Assembly: GCF_001194135.2 (NCBI RefSeq)
Contig: NC_068984.1
Span: 65,133,013-65,196,259 of the forward strand
Reading direction: 5' to 3'
DNA: 63,247 nt
DNA from: Octopus bimaculoides
Lineage: Eukaryota
Every line of letters begins with the position of its first letter. The stretch's first letter is position 1. Under the pieces are notes generated by a model that was not told the origin of the DNA, ran no database searches, and saw only the letters and a program-made list of their open reading frames with translations. Below are positions 13,231 to 27,600 of this stretch, in pieces. The position numbers were made by a program, and so were the translations under genes.

Positions 13231-13420
13231 CTGGCAGAATTGGTAACACACTGGAAAATATGCTTAGTGGTATTACATTCTGAGTTCAAATTCTGCCAAG
13301 GTCAACTTTGCTTTTCCTCCTTTCAGGATCAACAAAATAAATATCAGCCAAGTAATGGGATTGATGAAATCAACTACCCAACTCCTACCAAACTTCAGAC
13401 CCTGTGCCTATAACAGAAAG
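13231..13420 (+). mobile_element. SINE family C (Meta/Sauria-like central domain), decayed
   Basis: ctggcagaat...ttctgagttcaaattctgccaaggtcaactttgc; same family as 44334-44551. Confidence 0.65.
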
Positions 13421-16400
13421 TAGAAAGCTTTATGGCTACAGAATACACTAAAACATTTCTTTATTAATATTTAAGATTATTAACTGTAGATTGTAGCATA
13501 AACTGCAATAACAAAGAAATGTATACGCCCAGAATTACAATTTACTGTAGGTAATTTTAAGTTCGTTCTTTCATATTTACATGCTTTTAATGTTTTGAAA
13601 TATTTGAGAATTAGCAGGAAATTTGTAACAGCTGAGTTTGTTCAGAGATTCCTATTTGAAAATTATTACAATTAAAATGCAAAGAGTCCAAGTAAAAACA
13701 CAATATAATACTTATAGATAAGTTTGAACATATAAATTTTGGATTAACATTTCAGCACCTTCAGCACTTTGAAGTCTGATGATTCATAATACAATGAGCC
13801 GAAGAAGTTTTTATATGAATAACACTATTCTTTACATTTCAAATGTTTTACATTGATGTTTGCTCTGCTGAGCAGCCATCATAAGCATTTTAAAGTATTT
13901 CAAGCTCTTTTTAATAACTCATGAACTTCTAAAGTATCACTTTTTAAAAAAATTCTTTATTCTGTCAAGAAATATGTCAAGTGTGTAAATGTTATCTCAT
14001 GCAAAAAGAGAAAGACTGAACTTCCTGATTCTTTTAAGTACTCAATCTATAGATAAATAATCTTTTTCATTTTTTAGGCATCACCAGTTATAGTATAGTA
14101 TTGTCAAACAATTTAACAAATTTAAAATCTTTGATTTTGGTGCAGTACCAATTTGTATAACTCAGATGGAAATTTATGGTACTGCAGAATTCTGAAAATC
14201 ACTCAAATTTCCAGTAAAGAATGGCATTAGTTAAAGGCTATTTGCTCTTGAGTAGTCATGTATGTAGTACAATCGATGTCTGGAAGGAATTTACAATTAA
14301 CTTTGTTTCTTGAAGATGAAATATGATTCAGTAATACTCCATACAATAATATTTTTGCTTACTCAAAATATAAGCTGGAATTAAATTTCTAAATCAGTCA
14401 GGTCAATATTGATTGATTTTTTTTTTCCTATTTTGTAATTTTAGTCTTGTAATATTCTGTATGATTTAAATAAATAGCCTAGAGGTATATTTTTAAAATT
14501 GTTCAGCATGTACAGGAAATTGTAATATATCAGCAGGAAATTGGGACAGAAGGATTTAAAGTTAATGCATACTAGCAGGAAATCGGGTTATAATATGTCT
14601 ATTACTATGATCAGGTACTACATAACTGAGAAAGCTAGACACAGCATCAGGAAATCCGGTTATATCAACCAGAAAGTAGAATAGATAAAACTGACTTATT
14701 TAAATAGAAGATTGATTATTTACTTTCCAGTATACAAACTTAACTAAACACATTTCTCACCCATACTGCATAGTAAAGACATATTTTGCTTTAAAGAATC
14801 AAACAGAACAGTTGGAATTCATCACCATTATTTTCATCTTTATCATATCATCATCAGCATCACCTTGATTATCATAGTATCACCATTATTTTTGTTTCTT
14901 CATTCTTGCTATTTTAATGTTAATTTTTCAATGCTGGCAGGTGTCCAAAAGGTCTGTCATTCAGAGCTTGCCATTCTAAATTAATATGTTTTGATTTTAA
15001 TAATGTTTAACAATAATGAAAGACGATTATTAGCAATGGTTTTTTGCAATATCCTTACTAACGACCACTATGTAGCTATCTCTCTATCTCTTAAAAGAAG
15101 AGAACTTATCCTTTAAGTGCTTACGATTAAAAACAGAGAGAGCAGGGAGAACATAAAAGCATCATTTCTATTTCAGCCACCAAGATTTTTATGGTTTAAC
15201 ATAAATATGAGGGGCTGTAAAACTGTTAGGGAAAGGAGAAGAGACCATGTCTAAACTTACTGGTGATTACTAAACACTATTTCAGTTCCTGTAAGTATTC
15301 CAACTTCAAAAGATGAGCTTCTCAAGGTCTTATGCTTGCTAAGCATATATTTAAATATGTAAGTATATATTTCCCTAACACAAACTGGAGGGAAATATAT
15401 GCTTACATATTTAATGAGTATCAAATGTTTACTTTCATAAACTATTGGGGAGTATTTCAAATTATTAGGACCTGAAAACTTTAAGAGGTGTAACTGCTGT
15501 GAGTTTTAGACAATGTACCAAATAAACAACAGGGCAAACATTACACCATAGTTTGTAATAACCCTCTTCTATTTAAAGCATACAATGTTGCTTCTTTTAC
15601 CTATTTAGTTGATAAACATATTCTAGTCTTAATTTACAGTTGGTTAGTTTAGTTAGGATTAGGTTAGTCATGTAGTTATAAAAACAACTTGTATAACCAT
15701 TATCAAACAGTCATTTTTTTGTAAAACATTCCACCTATATAAGCATGGAAATAGGAAAATTAATAATTTTAGTAAAATACTGTCTAAAATAAATATGTAG
15801 AATCACTGAATGATGTTATTGTTCTACAGAAATGACCATATGTATTTAGTGTGATTTATATCACCAGAACAATCTGTACTACTTCAGTGAATCAAAGAAA
15901 TCAGTAGAGACTGGCAATACAGTGGAGCCAGTCAGATTTACTTGACTGTTCTATATCTGATACTATTTCTACCAGAGCAATCTTGTAATATATTCAATTG
16001 TGGCTCATTTGAAATACATGATCAACCATGCAGAGGAAAGTACAGTTTGGCTCTTATCAGTAACCAACCACACAGCTGAGATTTTGTCCAACAAGAATGC
16101 AATTAGCTGATTCTTCTAATGATGCATAACAAGCCAATTGAGGCTAGATATGGGAGGATCTGCAATATCTGTATTTTAAACAGCGATTTTATATGAAATT
16201 TTTTCAAAAATTATTTAAAAAAATAACAAGTACTATTTTTGCTTATAATAGTGAGTGAGAAATGTGCTATGGCAAAATTCATTTAGAAAATTTTTTTTCA
16301 TCTCATTTCAGTTAATGATGTGATTAAAAATACATAAGATAGCATAACATATGCTACAGTGATTTCATGGTGGTAAAACTGGAATTTTCTTTTTGACCAT

Positions 16401-18714
16401 GCCACTATTTTAACTAATATCTTCATTTTTCTGCATGCAATTCTGCTAATATTATCACTTGGATTCCTTTCAGAAGAATTTTGTCTCCAAAATTAGTCAC
16501 TCTATTAAATACCAACATGGGACCAAATGCATCTAATTTAATTTAACTAGAGAAAGCATCAACACATCTGATCATTCTTTTTCAACGACCTTGTAGATTT
16601 CATTCTTTACTTGTTACATATGGCTATTGATGAAGGAAAAGCATGACCACATTGGTTTATAAGAAAATATCATCACAATAAGAATTCTAGGATTTTATCT
16701 TTTTAAACAGAAAATAAATTTTATGTTCCTTAATTAAAGAGTCTATTTTTCTAAACTTAAAATCAAAATCCTTTAATTTTGCTATGCAGAAAATTGCTCA
16801 AACCTTCAATCAAGGTAATAAATCAAACTAAGAAGCCTATCAAAGTACATGAAGCACAGTTTGAATGCAAGATGGAAAGACTCTAGTAATGCATCTATAA
16901 CACAATTTTTATGTTGGAAAAGAAATCCCATTTACTTCACCTACAGAATTAACATTTTCAAAAGTTAGAATGAAAAAAAAAAAATAATACATTTTGTTTT
17001 CTTAAAATCTCACTCCCAATTTTATAAATCTCATGCAGAGTCTGCTATCCTGTCATCAATATGGCATTGTGAGGAGTTTGCATCATATCATTAATTATTA
17101 ATTATTTATAGAGCTAAAACTCAGGATGTCTAACTTACAAGCCATAAATGAATTTCAACTTAATTCTCAAGTAGCTTAGTATTATGTGCTGCAAGTTAGA
17201 ATCTTGCCACAGTTGTAAGTGTAATGGCAGCATAACTGAATGTTTCATGAGTTTGCAATAATGTCTACAAGTCCTCCTACATATGGCCAGAAGAGAAGAA
17301 GTGAAATAGAGTCTAATGGTTTAAAAGTCAACATTAAGTAAATGATGCAATCACCTTCATAAAAAGATGTTAAATAAGAAAGGAAGAATGAAATATTGGC
17401 TTGGATTTCAAAGGAACCTGATTTAATATTTACAAGTAATTATATATTATTAATCCAAGCCTTTAATCCAGAAATCAACAAAGTGCAATAATTTAAAAGT
17501 AATCTCTAGTGTTCAGGAAAGCAGATTCTACATAAATTCAAAATTTATTGCAATATTCTGGAATTATATGTCACAGGTTAGTGGAAGCTGAAATATGCTA
17601 TGATTTAGAATGTAAATGTTACAGCTATTTTCTACAAGGGAAATGGCATGTATGAATATTCAACAACAATCCCTTATTCTTCTTGCTTGATATATAATGT
17701 GAAAGATGAAAATCCAATATATTTTGCATAAAATTTCTTAAGGATTTTATTAATTTGCATTAAAGTGATAAAGTTATTATATGTATTATGAAAGAAAATC
17801 TGAAACACCTACAATATTTTTATGGTGACTAGTTATCTAATGTACTAGCTGTACATGAACCTGAGTAGAATGAAAATCAGTTGAATCTTGCCTTTTATCA
17901 GGTCTTGAGTAATGAGTACCTATGCTGAGCATGTCAAGAATGAAAAATACTGCAATATGTTCTGCTTTTAGTAAAAAAGGAGAAATTCAAGTGATTTCAT
18001 TGTAAAATTTATTTGGATGTTCAGCACTTATATCCTCCATCAAATGGAAGGATTACATAAATGCTAAATTTCATATATCTTTCTAAACTTCCCTAAAATA
18101 TGAATATTCTTGGATGGATGGATGGATGGATGGATGGATATGGGAGTAGACTGCAAAGGAGATGCATAGGCTGAGGGACAGAGTCAAGGTTACATGAAGT
18201 TGGAAATGGTGGTAGACAAGCAGAAATAATGACAGGACAGGCTGTCACTGACAAGAAGCGGAGTGAAAGGAAATAGCAAGTAAGAAGCATTCTGTGGAAA
18301 ATAAGGTGTTAAGAGATGACAATGAAAATGCATGAGGAAAGGGAAGTGGATCTCAAGAGTTTGAGTAGGAAGAGGAGGAAATATATGCAGTTTACTCTCG
18401 GAATAACAAGCAAATAGTCAATAATTCTTATTGTCATCATATGGGGCTCATAGTAGGTCAGCTAATTTGGGTTTAGGTTGAAATTTATTACACTCTCTTC
18501 CTCCTTTCTCTCAGTGGAGGCACTTTTGGAATTGTACAGTACAGCAGAATCAGGAATTTATGACTTCAAAGAAGGGAATTTAGCAGAGAGCACAATCCTC
18601 AAGTGTCAGTGTGTGACACTTGGGGCATGTGTCTTCAACGATATATAATATATTTATCAAATACATGTATATTTATCTAATTTAATAGAATTATATGTTA
18701 CACACACGCACACA

Positions 18715-18915
18715 GATATATATGATTAACCGCTAAATCTACAAGTTTTTTATTCTCTCTCTGTTTAATTTCTCCTGTTCCTTTCTGTTAAAGAGTGTAG
18801 GCTCGAAACATAGAAGACTTTTTCACCTCCCCAAGCATCAAACTAATACACCTACTTGTTGTTTATACACCTGTCTTTGTCCTTTGTTTTCCTGTAAATT
18901 TCAACTATATATATA
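18715..18915 (+). mobile_element. Probable Penelope-like terminal (pLTR) fragment with a degenerate hammerhead-like motif
   Basis: ctgttaaa-gagt-gtag-gctc-gaaac hairpin and core; the fragment ends in (TA)n. Family assignment is recalled, not searched. Confidence 0.45.
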
Positions 18916-19071
18916 TATGTATTTGGATAATGCGAGTTATGAAGCACAAAATTCAACAAACACTATTCAGAACTCCATCTGTTTATTGATGCATCTAAAA
19001 AGAAAGTTCTGAAGAAAACTCATAATCTATTTCAATTTTCTTTCAACTCCCCTCTGTAGTAACCAGAATGA

Positions 19072-19073
<2 letters not shown>

Positions 19074-19149
<76 letters not shown>

Positions 19150-19294
19150 NNNNNNNNNNNNNNNNNNNNNNNNNNNNNNNNNNNNNNNNNNNNNNNNNNN
19201 NNNNNNNNNNNNNNNNNNNNNNNNNNNNNNNNNNNNNNNNNNNNNNNNNNNNNNNNNNNNNNNNNNNNNNNNNNNNNNNNNNNNNNNNNNNNNN

Positions 19295-19345
<51 letters not shown>
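19074..19345. repeat. (GA)n microsatellite spanning an assembly gap (N 19150-19294)
   Basis: Read directly from the sequence. Confidence 0.95.
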
Positions 19346-19349
<4 letters not shown>

Positions 19350-20162
19350 GACATGGTTCTGAAATTATTTGTCATTCTTACGTGCATTTCAGTGATGATT
19401 GTAAAGCTGAATTATATAATATCAACAACAGTCTCTCTTGCAATCTTTGAATCAAACTTAGGGCATGACCTGGACACTGACAAGAGAAAGGATGCATATT
19501 TTCGGGTGCATATTACTAAGCAGGAACTAAAATGTAGAGATTTGGCTCAATAGACCTTTAGAACTTTCAGAATGAGAGAACAAGAAACCATGATGGTCTT
19601 CTGGAGGACATCTGTCCTCAGCCATTTAGATTACTGCTCCCAACTATAGTAAGCACACAGTGTAAAATTAACAACAAAACTTGAAATACTTTACCCTCTA
19701 CAATGAAGGCAGGAAAGATATGCAGTGATATACATCTGGAAAACCTTAGAGGGACTTGTAACAAACTTTGGCATTGGAAGTTACACAAACAGCTGAATGA
19801 GGCATTACTGCATAATGCCAAAAATCTCAACATTGCCATCAGGATACAGGGCTAGATATTGCAACAGCTTGGGCTTCAAGAGACCTCGGCTCTTCAATAT
19901 CCTCCCCCCAAAAAGCCTGAGACATCTACATGGAGTGGATGTAGGTGTCTTCATAACAAAACTGGATCTCCTCCTGTCAAGAGTCCCAGATGAAACTGCC
20001 TTGCAGCAAGAAATGCAGATGAAGGCAGCAACATCAAACTCCCTCATTCTCCAAATGCCACCTATCAGAGGAGATCTTAAGTTGTGAAAGTGTAGCAGAG
20101 CTAATGGCAGTGCCTCAGCATGACTGTAGCTCTTGATCTGAAACTAATAAAGAGAGAAAGAG
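19345..20162 (+). mobile_element. CR1/L2-group LINE, 5'-truncated 3' end (RT C-terminus plus 3'UTR), with stops, frameshifts and an internal deletion
   Basis: Translates to FRTFRMREQETMMVFWRTSVLSHLDYCSQL*, RQERYAVIYIWKTLEGLVTNFGI and YCNSLGFKRPRLFNILPPKSLRHLHGVDVGVFITKLDLLLSRVPDE...ATSNSL (ORF 19797-20087). These are typical post-RT motifs of the CR1/L2 group. Confidence 0.85.
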
Positions 20163-20559
20163 AAAGATATACTTATTCTATTTCTACATAATCAGAGTTC
20201 ATTTCAGAATGCAGTTCAGCAGCTTTCCTTATATAACACAAGAAAAAAAAAAACTTTTATCAAATAATATAATGAAAATATATTTCCAGAGAATATTAAA
20301 GACACCTTAGCAATTTTCTCAGGTATAAGCTAGTTGTAGATTGTATTACAATGGAAGATAAATAACACCTTAAATCTGTAAAACTAGACTAAACATATTT
20401 ATATCTGCACTTTGTACAATTGTCATTCAGTGACAGATTTATGACAAGGAAATCTGACTGACCAAGTGAACCACACTGACATAGATTTCCTGTTTAATAT
20501 GCAAACAATTCACATTTATATGCACTTTTACACAGACATACATGCATACATACATAAAC

Positions 20560-20569
20560 ACACACACAC

Positions 20570-20660
<91 letters not shown>
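20560..20660. repeat. Compound (CA)n-(TA)n microsatellite
   Basis: Read directly from the sequence. Confidence 0.95.
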
Positions 20661-20661
<1 letters not shown>

Positions 20662-20730
20662 GTATATGCATGTAAGTACATCTATATATAGATATACACA
20701 CAGAGTCACATTCATAACTACATGTACATG

Positions 20731-20778
<48 letters not shown>

Positions 20779-20934
20779 GAATCAGTTGATTAACTTTAGT
20801 AAGGCATTATATGAATATACATTCACTATGGTCAACACATAAGCAACACACGCACATACACACTTACTTACTATTTACAATGATCATAGAGGTAATTAGT
20901 TAAAAACTTATTGATGTTGGATGATTAAGGTGTT

Positions 20935-21330
20935 GTCATATTTGGCTAGTTGGTTAAGAAGCTTGCTTTGCAGCTATGTAGTTTGGGAATGGTTCCTCAC
21001 ATTGCCAACTTGGGCAACTGCTATCTTTCTGCTATAGCTACAGGCTCACCAATGCTTTGTAAGTGAATTTGTTTTAAGAAATCTGTGTGGAAACCCATCG
21101 TGCATATGCAAGTGTATGTGTGTATCTGTGCATGCATTTTTGTGTGTGTTTTGGTATCTGAGTTTGTCCCCTCTCCATTGCTTGATAACTGGTGTTGGTT
21201 TGTTTACATCACCTATAACTTAGTGCTTTGGAAAAATGAGTGATAGAATGCATACAAGACATAAAAAAACTCAAGTATTAGGATGCCACAGCATGGCTGC
21301 AATTTAATGACTGAAACAAGTAAAAGATAA
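20935..21330 (+). mobile_element. SINE family B, old copy
   Basis: Runs from tggttaagaagcttgc through cttgggcaa and cttgataactggtgttgg to cagcatggctgcaatttaatgactgaaacaagtaaaag. Confidence 0.7.
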
Positions 21331-21346
21331 ATGACACATACCCACA

Positions 21347-21380
<34 letters not shown>

Positions 21381-21503
21381 ATTATACTACTTTGCAAGTG
21401 ATTTTGCAAGGAATTTCATGAGAATTCAATTCTTCATATTTGTGTGTATGTTTATGTGTGTCACTAGGCAAATGCAATACAAAAGTGTCTATCAATGTCT
21501 GTA

Positions 21504-21507
<4 letters not shown>

Positions 21508-21554
<47 letters not shown>

Positions 21555-21589
21555 GATAGAAATACAGACAGACAAACAGCCAGCTAGTC

Positions 21590-21658
<69 letters not shown>

Positions 21659-21675
21659 CACACACACACACAAAC
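21508..21675. repeat. (CT)n, (GATA)n and (CA)n microsatellite cluster
   Basis: Read directly from the sequence. Confidence 0.95.
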
Positions 21676-24600
21676 ACACAGAGACAAAAACATGTGTTAA
21701 CTGCTAGATGAGTATATATGAATTTGAATACAATGATGTGAATAAAAGAAAATGATAATTATGAAAATATTAAATATAACAAAGTTTTTAGATGAATTCC
21801 CATTCAAGATAATAACTTTGTCACCTCTTTCATTTTTATTATCTGTAAAAGATAAATGGTAAATTTACACTAGAAAACAGTGCAATCTCAAGGCTATTGC
21901 AACATTGTGGATCATTGATGTAGTGTAGAATATTCAGATAAATAACTTTTTGATGTTGTATTGTCATTTAAACTTTGATGTGATATATGTGATAGATATA
22001 AAATATCAATGGATCAAGAAGAAAATTAGCAGAAAGACCTAGTTAACCTTGTGTGACTGATTTTCTAGCTTTTTGTTTTGTTGTATGGTCAGACATTGAA
22101 CTACATGTCTTCCTGTGTGACTGGCTATTATTCTATCATTTCCAAGAAGAGTAAGCATAGTAGTGTTGGGCAGAATTTGAACCCAGAACTATTAACAACT
22201 GAACGTAAGTCATCCTATTTTGTTTGTACATCTCCAACTACACTATCTGAATTTAACAGAGCTAGATGCATATTAATTCTGTCAGACAAACCTTAGCATG
22301 CATTCCACAACAAAAATGAAAACACCATGATACTTGCACTAATTATTGGTTCTAGAGTTTTGGAAATGATAGATTATTGAAAGTATGAGAAAATAATTGA
22401 CTGGCTTGAATGCTAAGAGTAAAGATTGTTCTTTTCTATGATGCAGAGTAACAAAGCAAAGCATAGGCTGATAAAAAGTTATCCACTACAGATTAAGTTC
22501 AATTTAATTTTTTGAATGGTGGCCTGTGAGTGAGATACAGCTTTCAAACAAGGAAACATCTTAATGCGTTAATAATTTAGAATGTATTGATTTTATCTTA
22601 TGGTCACTTCATACCATAAGGTTTCTAGATGATGGCATTTTTAAATCTCATTTGATCAGCCTATTAATGAGCAAATGATAGAATTATTTGAGCTACTATG
22701 AAACCTACCTATAAATTATTTTAACATATTTGAGTGATTGATTGATGGTCGTTTAGTTAAGTTTCAAATATCAGATTTTGAATTCCATTTGAAAATATTC
22801 AACATTAGCATGATTTATGGATGAAAATCAGGAAGAAGGATTCATTTTTGAGAGGGGTTTTTATCCCTAAGATTTTACTATTTTCAAAATTAAAATTAGC
22901 AAAAGAAGCTACATTCTTTTCTTTTATTTCTTCAGGTGGGGAAGGGCATTTAGTCACTCAGATCCAGCTCTATATGGATAGAAAGAGATAGAACATAAAC
23001 AACACTGCCTTTTAGATTTGATTAAACATATACACAGCTATGGACACATACATACATAAATATATACATGCAAGATAGGCTTCTACAGAGTTTTTATCTC
23101 CCAAACCTTTCTCAGAAGGTCTATCTTATGCTATAGTATAACAACAGTTTGTTTGTTGTTTTTTTTTTTTAATTTAATTATTAATCAGTTTCTATTAAAT
23201 ATTCTTCCAATAGTGGAATGGTCCTTTAAGATACATTATTTCAGGATCCAAACATTGTAGATTTCTAGTAACTACCTTATCTTCTATCAACATCAGTATT
23301 ATTAAAGACAATATATTTGACATTAAGATTTCATTTATGAACACTAAACAGTAATAAACCTTTGATCTTCTAACATTCTGTCAGCCGTTTTATTAAAAAC
23401 TGCTCAATGACTGAAAGAATTATACTTCATTTGTTAGCAATGAATCTGAGCCTTCCTCTTAAAAGATGTAATTTCTTTCCCCACTTCCTCATAGTCTTCC
23501 ACTACATTATTGAAATGATTGGGAATTATTTTAATTTAAAAGAATATTGTTTTTTCTTTCTTTATTCTCAATAACTACGAAGGTGTTCAACTGTGCAAGC
23601 ATTGTATAATACTTTATTTTTTGCAAATATATCACTTTCTGTCTTAGCACATTATCAGAATTGTCTTTCCCAGTTAAGTGTAAAATTCAGTGTAATCATA
23701 TGTATCCATGTAACTAGGTTTCCAAATATAAGTACAAGTAAGATGGTATAATACTATACAAGCCAAATATTTTTAGCAAACCACCTTTGTCTTTCAAGCA
23801 GAATCATAGATGTTTACTTCTAAGCTGAATATCTAAGTAAATTATTAAACATCTTATATCCAGATAGTATTAGTTTGACTTATATCACGGAGTCAGGTGT
23901 TACTGAACATCAATGTTATTCAATAACTAAAAGCAATTATTTTTAAGGCTTAATATTGGTTGACTCAGGTGTAACTTAAAAATATAAAATTTGTTTAGTA
24001 ACAAACTAAATATTTCTCATTGCTAATGAGTAGAATTTTATGTCATCTATAAAGTTAAGTAGTTTTTGTACTGAAAATATTTACTGCTGGGTTGCTGAGT
24101 TAACCAACATTTCACAGTATTTATACATGAATTCTTATATAATACATAAAAAATGAAATCTCATTAAAATACTGTGTGGAAATAGACAACCATGATAATG
24201 CTTAATCAAATTACTTGAAAGATTATCACCACTTCTGAAGCTTCTGTTGAATGTGTATACAAAATACTCTTGATATAATTTCAATAGAAATATTCCTTCA
24301 GGAAAGTTGGTAATGAGAATCATTCTAATAAAATCCATATTGAAATTTGTTCTTTTCTACAAATCTGGATCGTCTTTCACCCAAATCACAGTCTCTTATC
24401 ACAACTTGTGACTTCAGAACACAAGAAAATGCACATTGGCTATGTTGTTTGAAGAAATAGATTAACCTGACAGACTCATAGAAAATTGCACTAGAATATA
24501 TATATACCAATTACTATCATGATGTTATATTATTTTCTAACTTTTCATTTATTTACCCACTCATTCTTTCTCATCCTATTTCACTTCTTTTATTCAAGTA

Positions 24601-27600
24601 AGAGCATAACATGTAGAACTGTTATGTATGTTTATCATTTCATATTAAGCAAATGCAATTCTTTTTTTACGTGGATACATGCTTGGTAATTACAGAATAA
24701 TGTTTTTCATTTTTTTCTCCCATCAATCCATTTTTTGTTTCTTTTCCATCACATCTTGTAAGATGTTACATGTAAAAACAAATGTAGTTAAAGGAAAGCT
24801 GAATACATTAATACAAGAATGTAGAACCTATTAACATTCATATCTTAGGGGTAAGATCATTGCAATGAATATATCTAACATTACTAGGTTACTTAGTTTA
24901 GGAAGAAATAATATCTACTTTTATCAAATGTGCTCATACAGATGGAATACAGTCCTTCATCTCAGCACTTAAGAAGTACTTCATTTCAAACAAGGAATAC
25001 TTTCAAACGATATACAAGGTTAAAAAGGGGGGGGGGCAATAGCACAAGCAGGGGTGTATAACACACATATACAATAAAAAACTACTTGTTTATCGTATAA
25101 AAGTCGTGTCAAATAGAAAGAATTTTCTTTAAATAAAATACTGAAATATTCTAAACAATATTTATGATTCATGAGATTATGAATATGATGCAGAGCTAAT
25201 TAATTGTTTGAATTAGAATTTTTAAATTGAAACAAATTAGTGATTCAGTTGTGATGGGTTATTCAATTTCCATGGAGAATAAATCTATATTGAACATTTA
25301 ATTTTCAGCCAGTTGACACTCAGCTTTGAGAACAATGTTGAAACCTACAATATGTTTTATGTAGGTGTATGCAAAAAAGAGAAAAGAGTGAATATAGAAA
25401 AGAAAAGTGGTGTACATGCACTCACAGGAATAATGAATGCATTTCATATTCTTCACTTTCAATATTGTATATTATTTTCTACTCTACATAATACAGGAAA
25501 TAATAATAAGAAAAAAAATGATAACTCCGAAGATAAAACACAGGCATTGTAATGCAAATACGCTCTCAAAAGAGTTTTCAAAAAAGGGTAAGGGAAGTAA
25601 AACAGCTCAGTCCAGTAATCAGATTCACATGTGTGTGTGTTCTACATGTATATGTATATATATATGGTAAATAGCTATATACACACAAAATCGTGAGTGT
25701 GGGTGTGAAAAGGAGAGAAAGAGAATAGTAGAATAGAAGGTAAATTCCTGACAAGCTTAAACCGTGATCTGGTTAAAATTTCTGGTTAAATTTCATTCCA
25801 CACCATTAATGCCTAAGTTAAAAGTGTGAATGTCATTCAATATCCCTTTCTATCTCATGTAAATGTGAAGCCTGATGTCAATGTAGTAAATAGGTATAGT
25901 TAGTTTTACATGCATTATCACAGTTTTGTAATAGCATTGTTAGATTTTACAGCTTATTTTAATATTTGTTCTGCAGAATATTGTTCTATTTTGTAAGCAG
26001 AATTCACAAGTTAATCCAAAACTATAACTAGCCTGATAAACTATTACAGAAATGAAAGAAATACAAACATGTGTTTGTGTGTGTAAAAAAAGAGGAGAGA
26101 AGAGAGAGTGTGAGAGAGAGGTATCAAAGAATTACATTTCATTAATATCTGAAGACATGTATTTTATAATTAATGAAAATAAAAAAAATCATAAAAAGTG
26201 GAAATGTTAATAATTGCAGTAACAGCATTGATGTAATCCAATTTCATGCAAGAGATTTTTAATTAAAATGTGTAATCCTCTTGTTACTATCAGAGAAGAA
26301 TTTTAAAATATATAAGCATGTGGTTTTGGAGACAATAAAAGAGGATATATAAAATATGCATATGTATTATTTTTATATAATATATGGGTATTATAAAAAT
26401 AAATGTGTTATAAAGAATGATGAAAACATTATTTTAAGTTAAAAACAAATTAATTTATATTCCCTCACACTAAGCTCATTTGAAAGATATGTATAATATA
26501 GATAATTTTGTATGAAGTCTATGCATGAAAGTATATATATATATATATATATATATAATACTTATATATCATAATTATTTAATAGGAGCTTGTATGAATG
26601 GATGTGTGTATATGTTTATGGATCTATGAGCAGGTGTGTGCACATGCTGTTAATACATATGTTTTGGTATATAGAAATTTGAAAGAAGTTAAGATTTTAT
26701 TTGCAAAAGTATTAAAAATGAAATATAGAGCTAAATAGATAGATTCAGTATCCATGTATCTCACAGCATGAATGCCATTGTAAATGAACACATGTTGAAT
26801 TGATTTCTAACTGGAAATAAATAACAACTATGAATACACTTTGGGATTTGTATAGTTACTTCATTTAGAACTTCCTTTAAATTAAGAAATGGCAGTTCCA
26901 TAAAATTATTTTGATATTCAAAATAAACCATCCAATTGAGTTCACAGAGTAAGAACCAAACGATAAGCAATGCTATCCATATGACTGGTATTGCATACCA
27001 TATTTCAATGACAAACAACCAAACTGAATTAGATATATCAATATCTAAGTGATAAAAAAATGAGAAAACTTCAAAATTAGCATGTGTCCCATAAGCTTGA
27101 AGTACGAAGTAAAAGTGACATGGAGAGGGCTGAATTCCACTTCTGATTTGCTTTAAATGCAGTGGAGCAAGACTAATAATTAGTGGTTTCTAATGACTGA
27201 AAGATTCAAAGAAAGAAAATTAAAATTTTTTTTTAATGATTTAAATTCATTGTTTTACCTCCTGTTGGTAAGAGGTTTCTTGAAGCATCGTTTTCACAGC
27301 TAACTGCATTCATTACCGCTAATTCCTCTGTGATTCAGTAGAAATGGAACGTCTGTCAGTAATTGTTATGCACCATGTTCAAAATACAACACATTTGATA
27401 AGTCTTAGATTTTGACCATGCTGTGAAATATCCAGCAGAAGGATGTACATACAAAGCTTTAACAGATAAAATATCTTTATATTTTCCCCATTCTGTGTCG
27501 ATCACAATATTTAATATCTTTCAGTGCAAATAATTTGATAGACAAAATTATATTTAGCACATATTCTAAAGCCTAGAACATGCACAAGCCATACGATGCC

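Noticed and set aside
26761-27018. Hydrophobic ORF (IWYAIPVIWIALLIVWFLL) as a signal-peptide exon; likewise 34219-34443
   Set aside because: No convincing in-frame donor, and hydrophobic frames are common in T-rich DNA.
27259-27327. Possible 69-nt minus-strand exon (EELAVMNAVSCENDASRNLLPTG) with AG/GT boundaries
   Set aside because: Weak donor (GTAAAA) and no recognisable domain; cannot be supported without RNA data.
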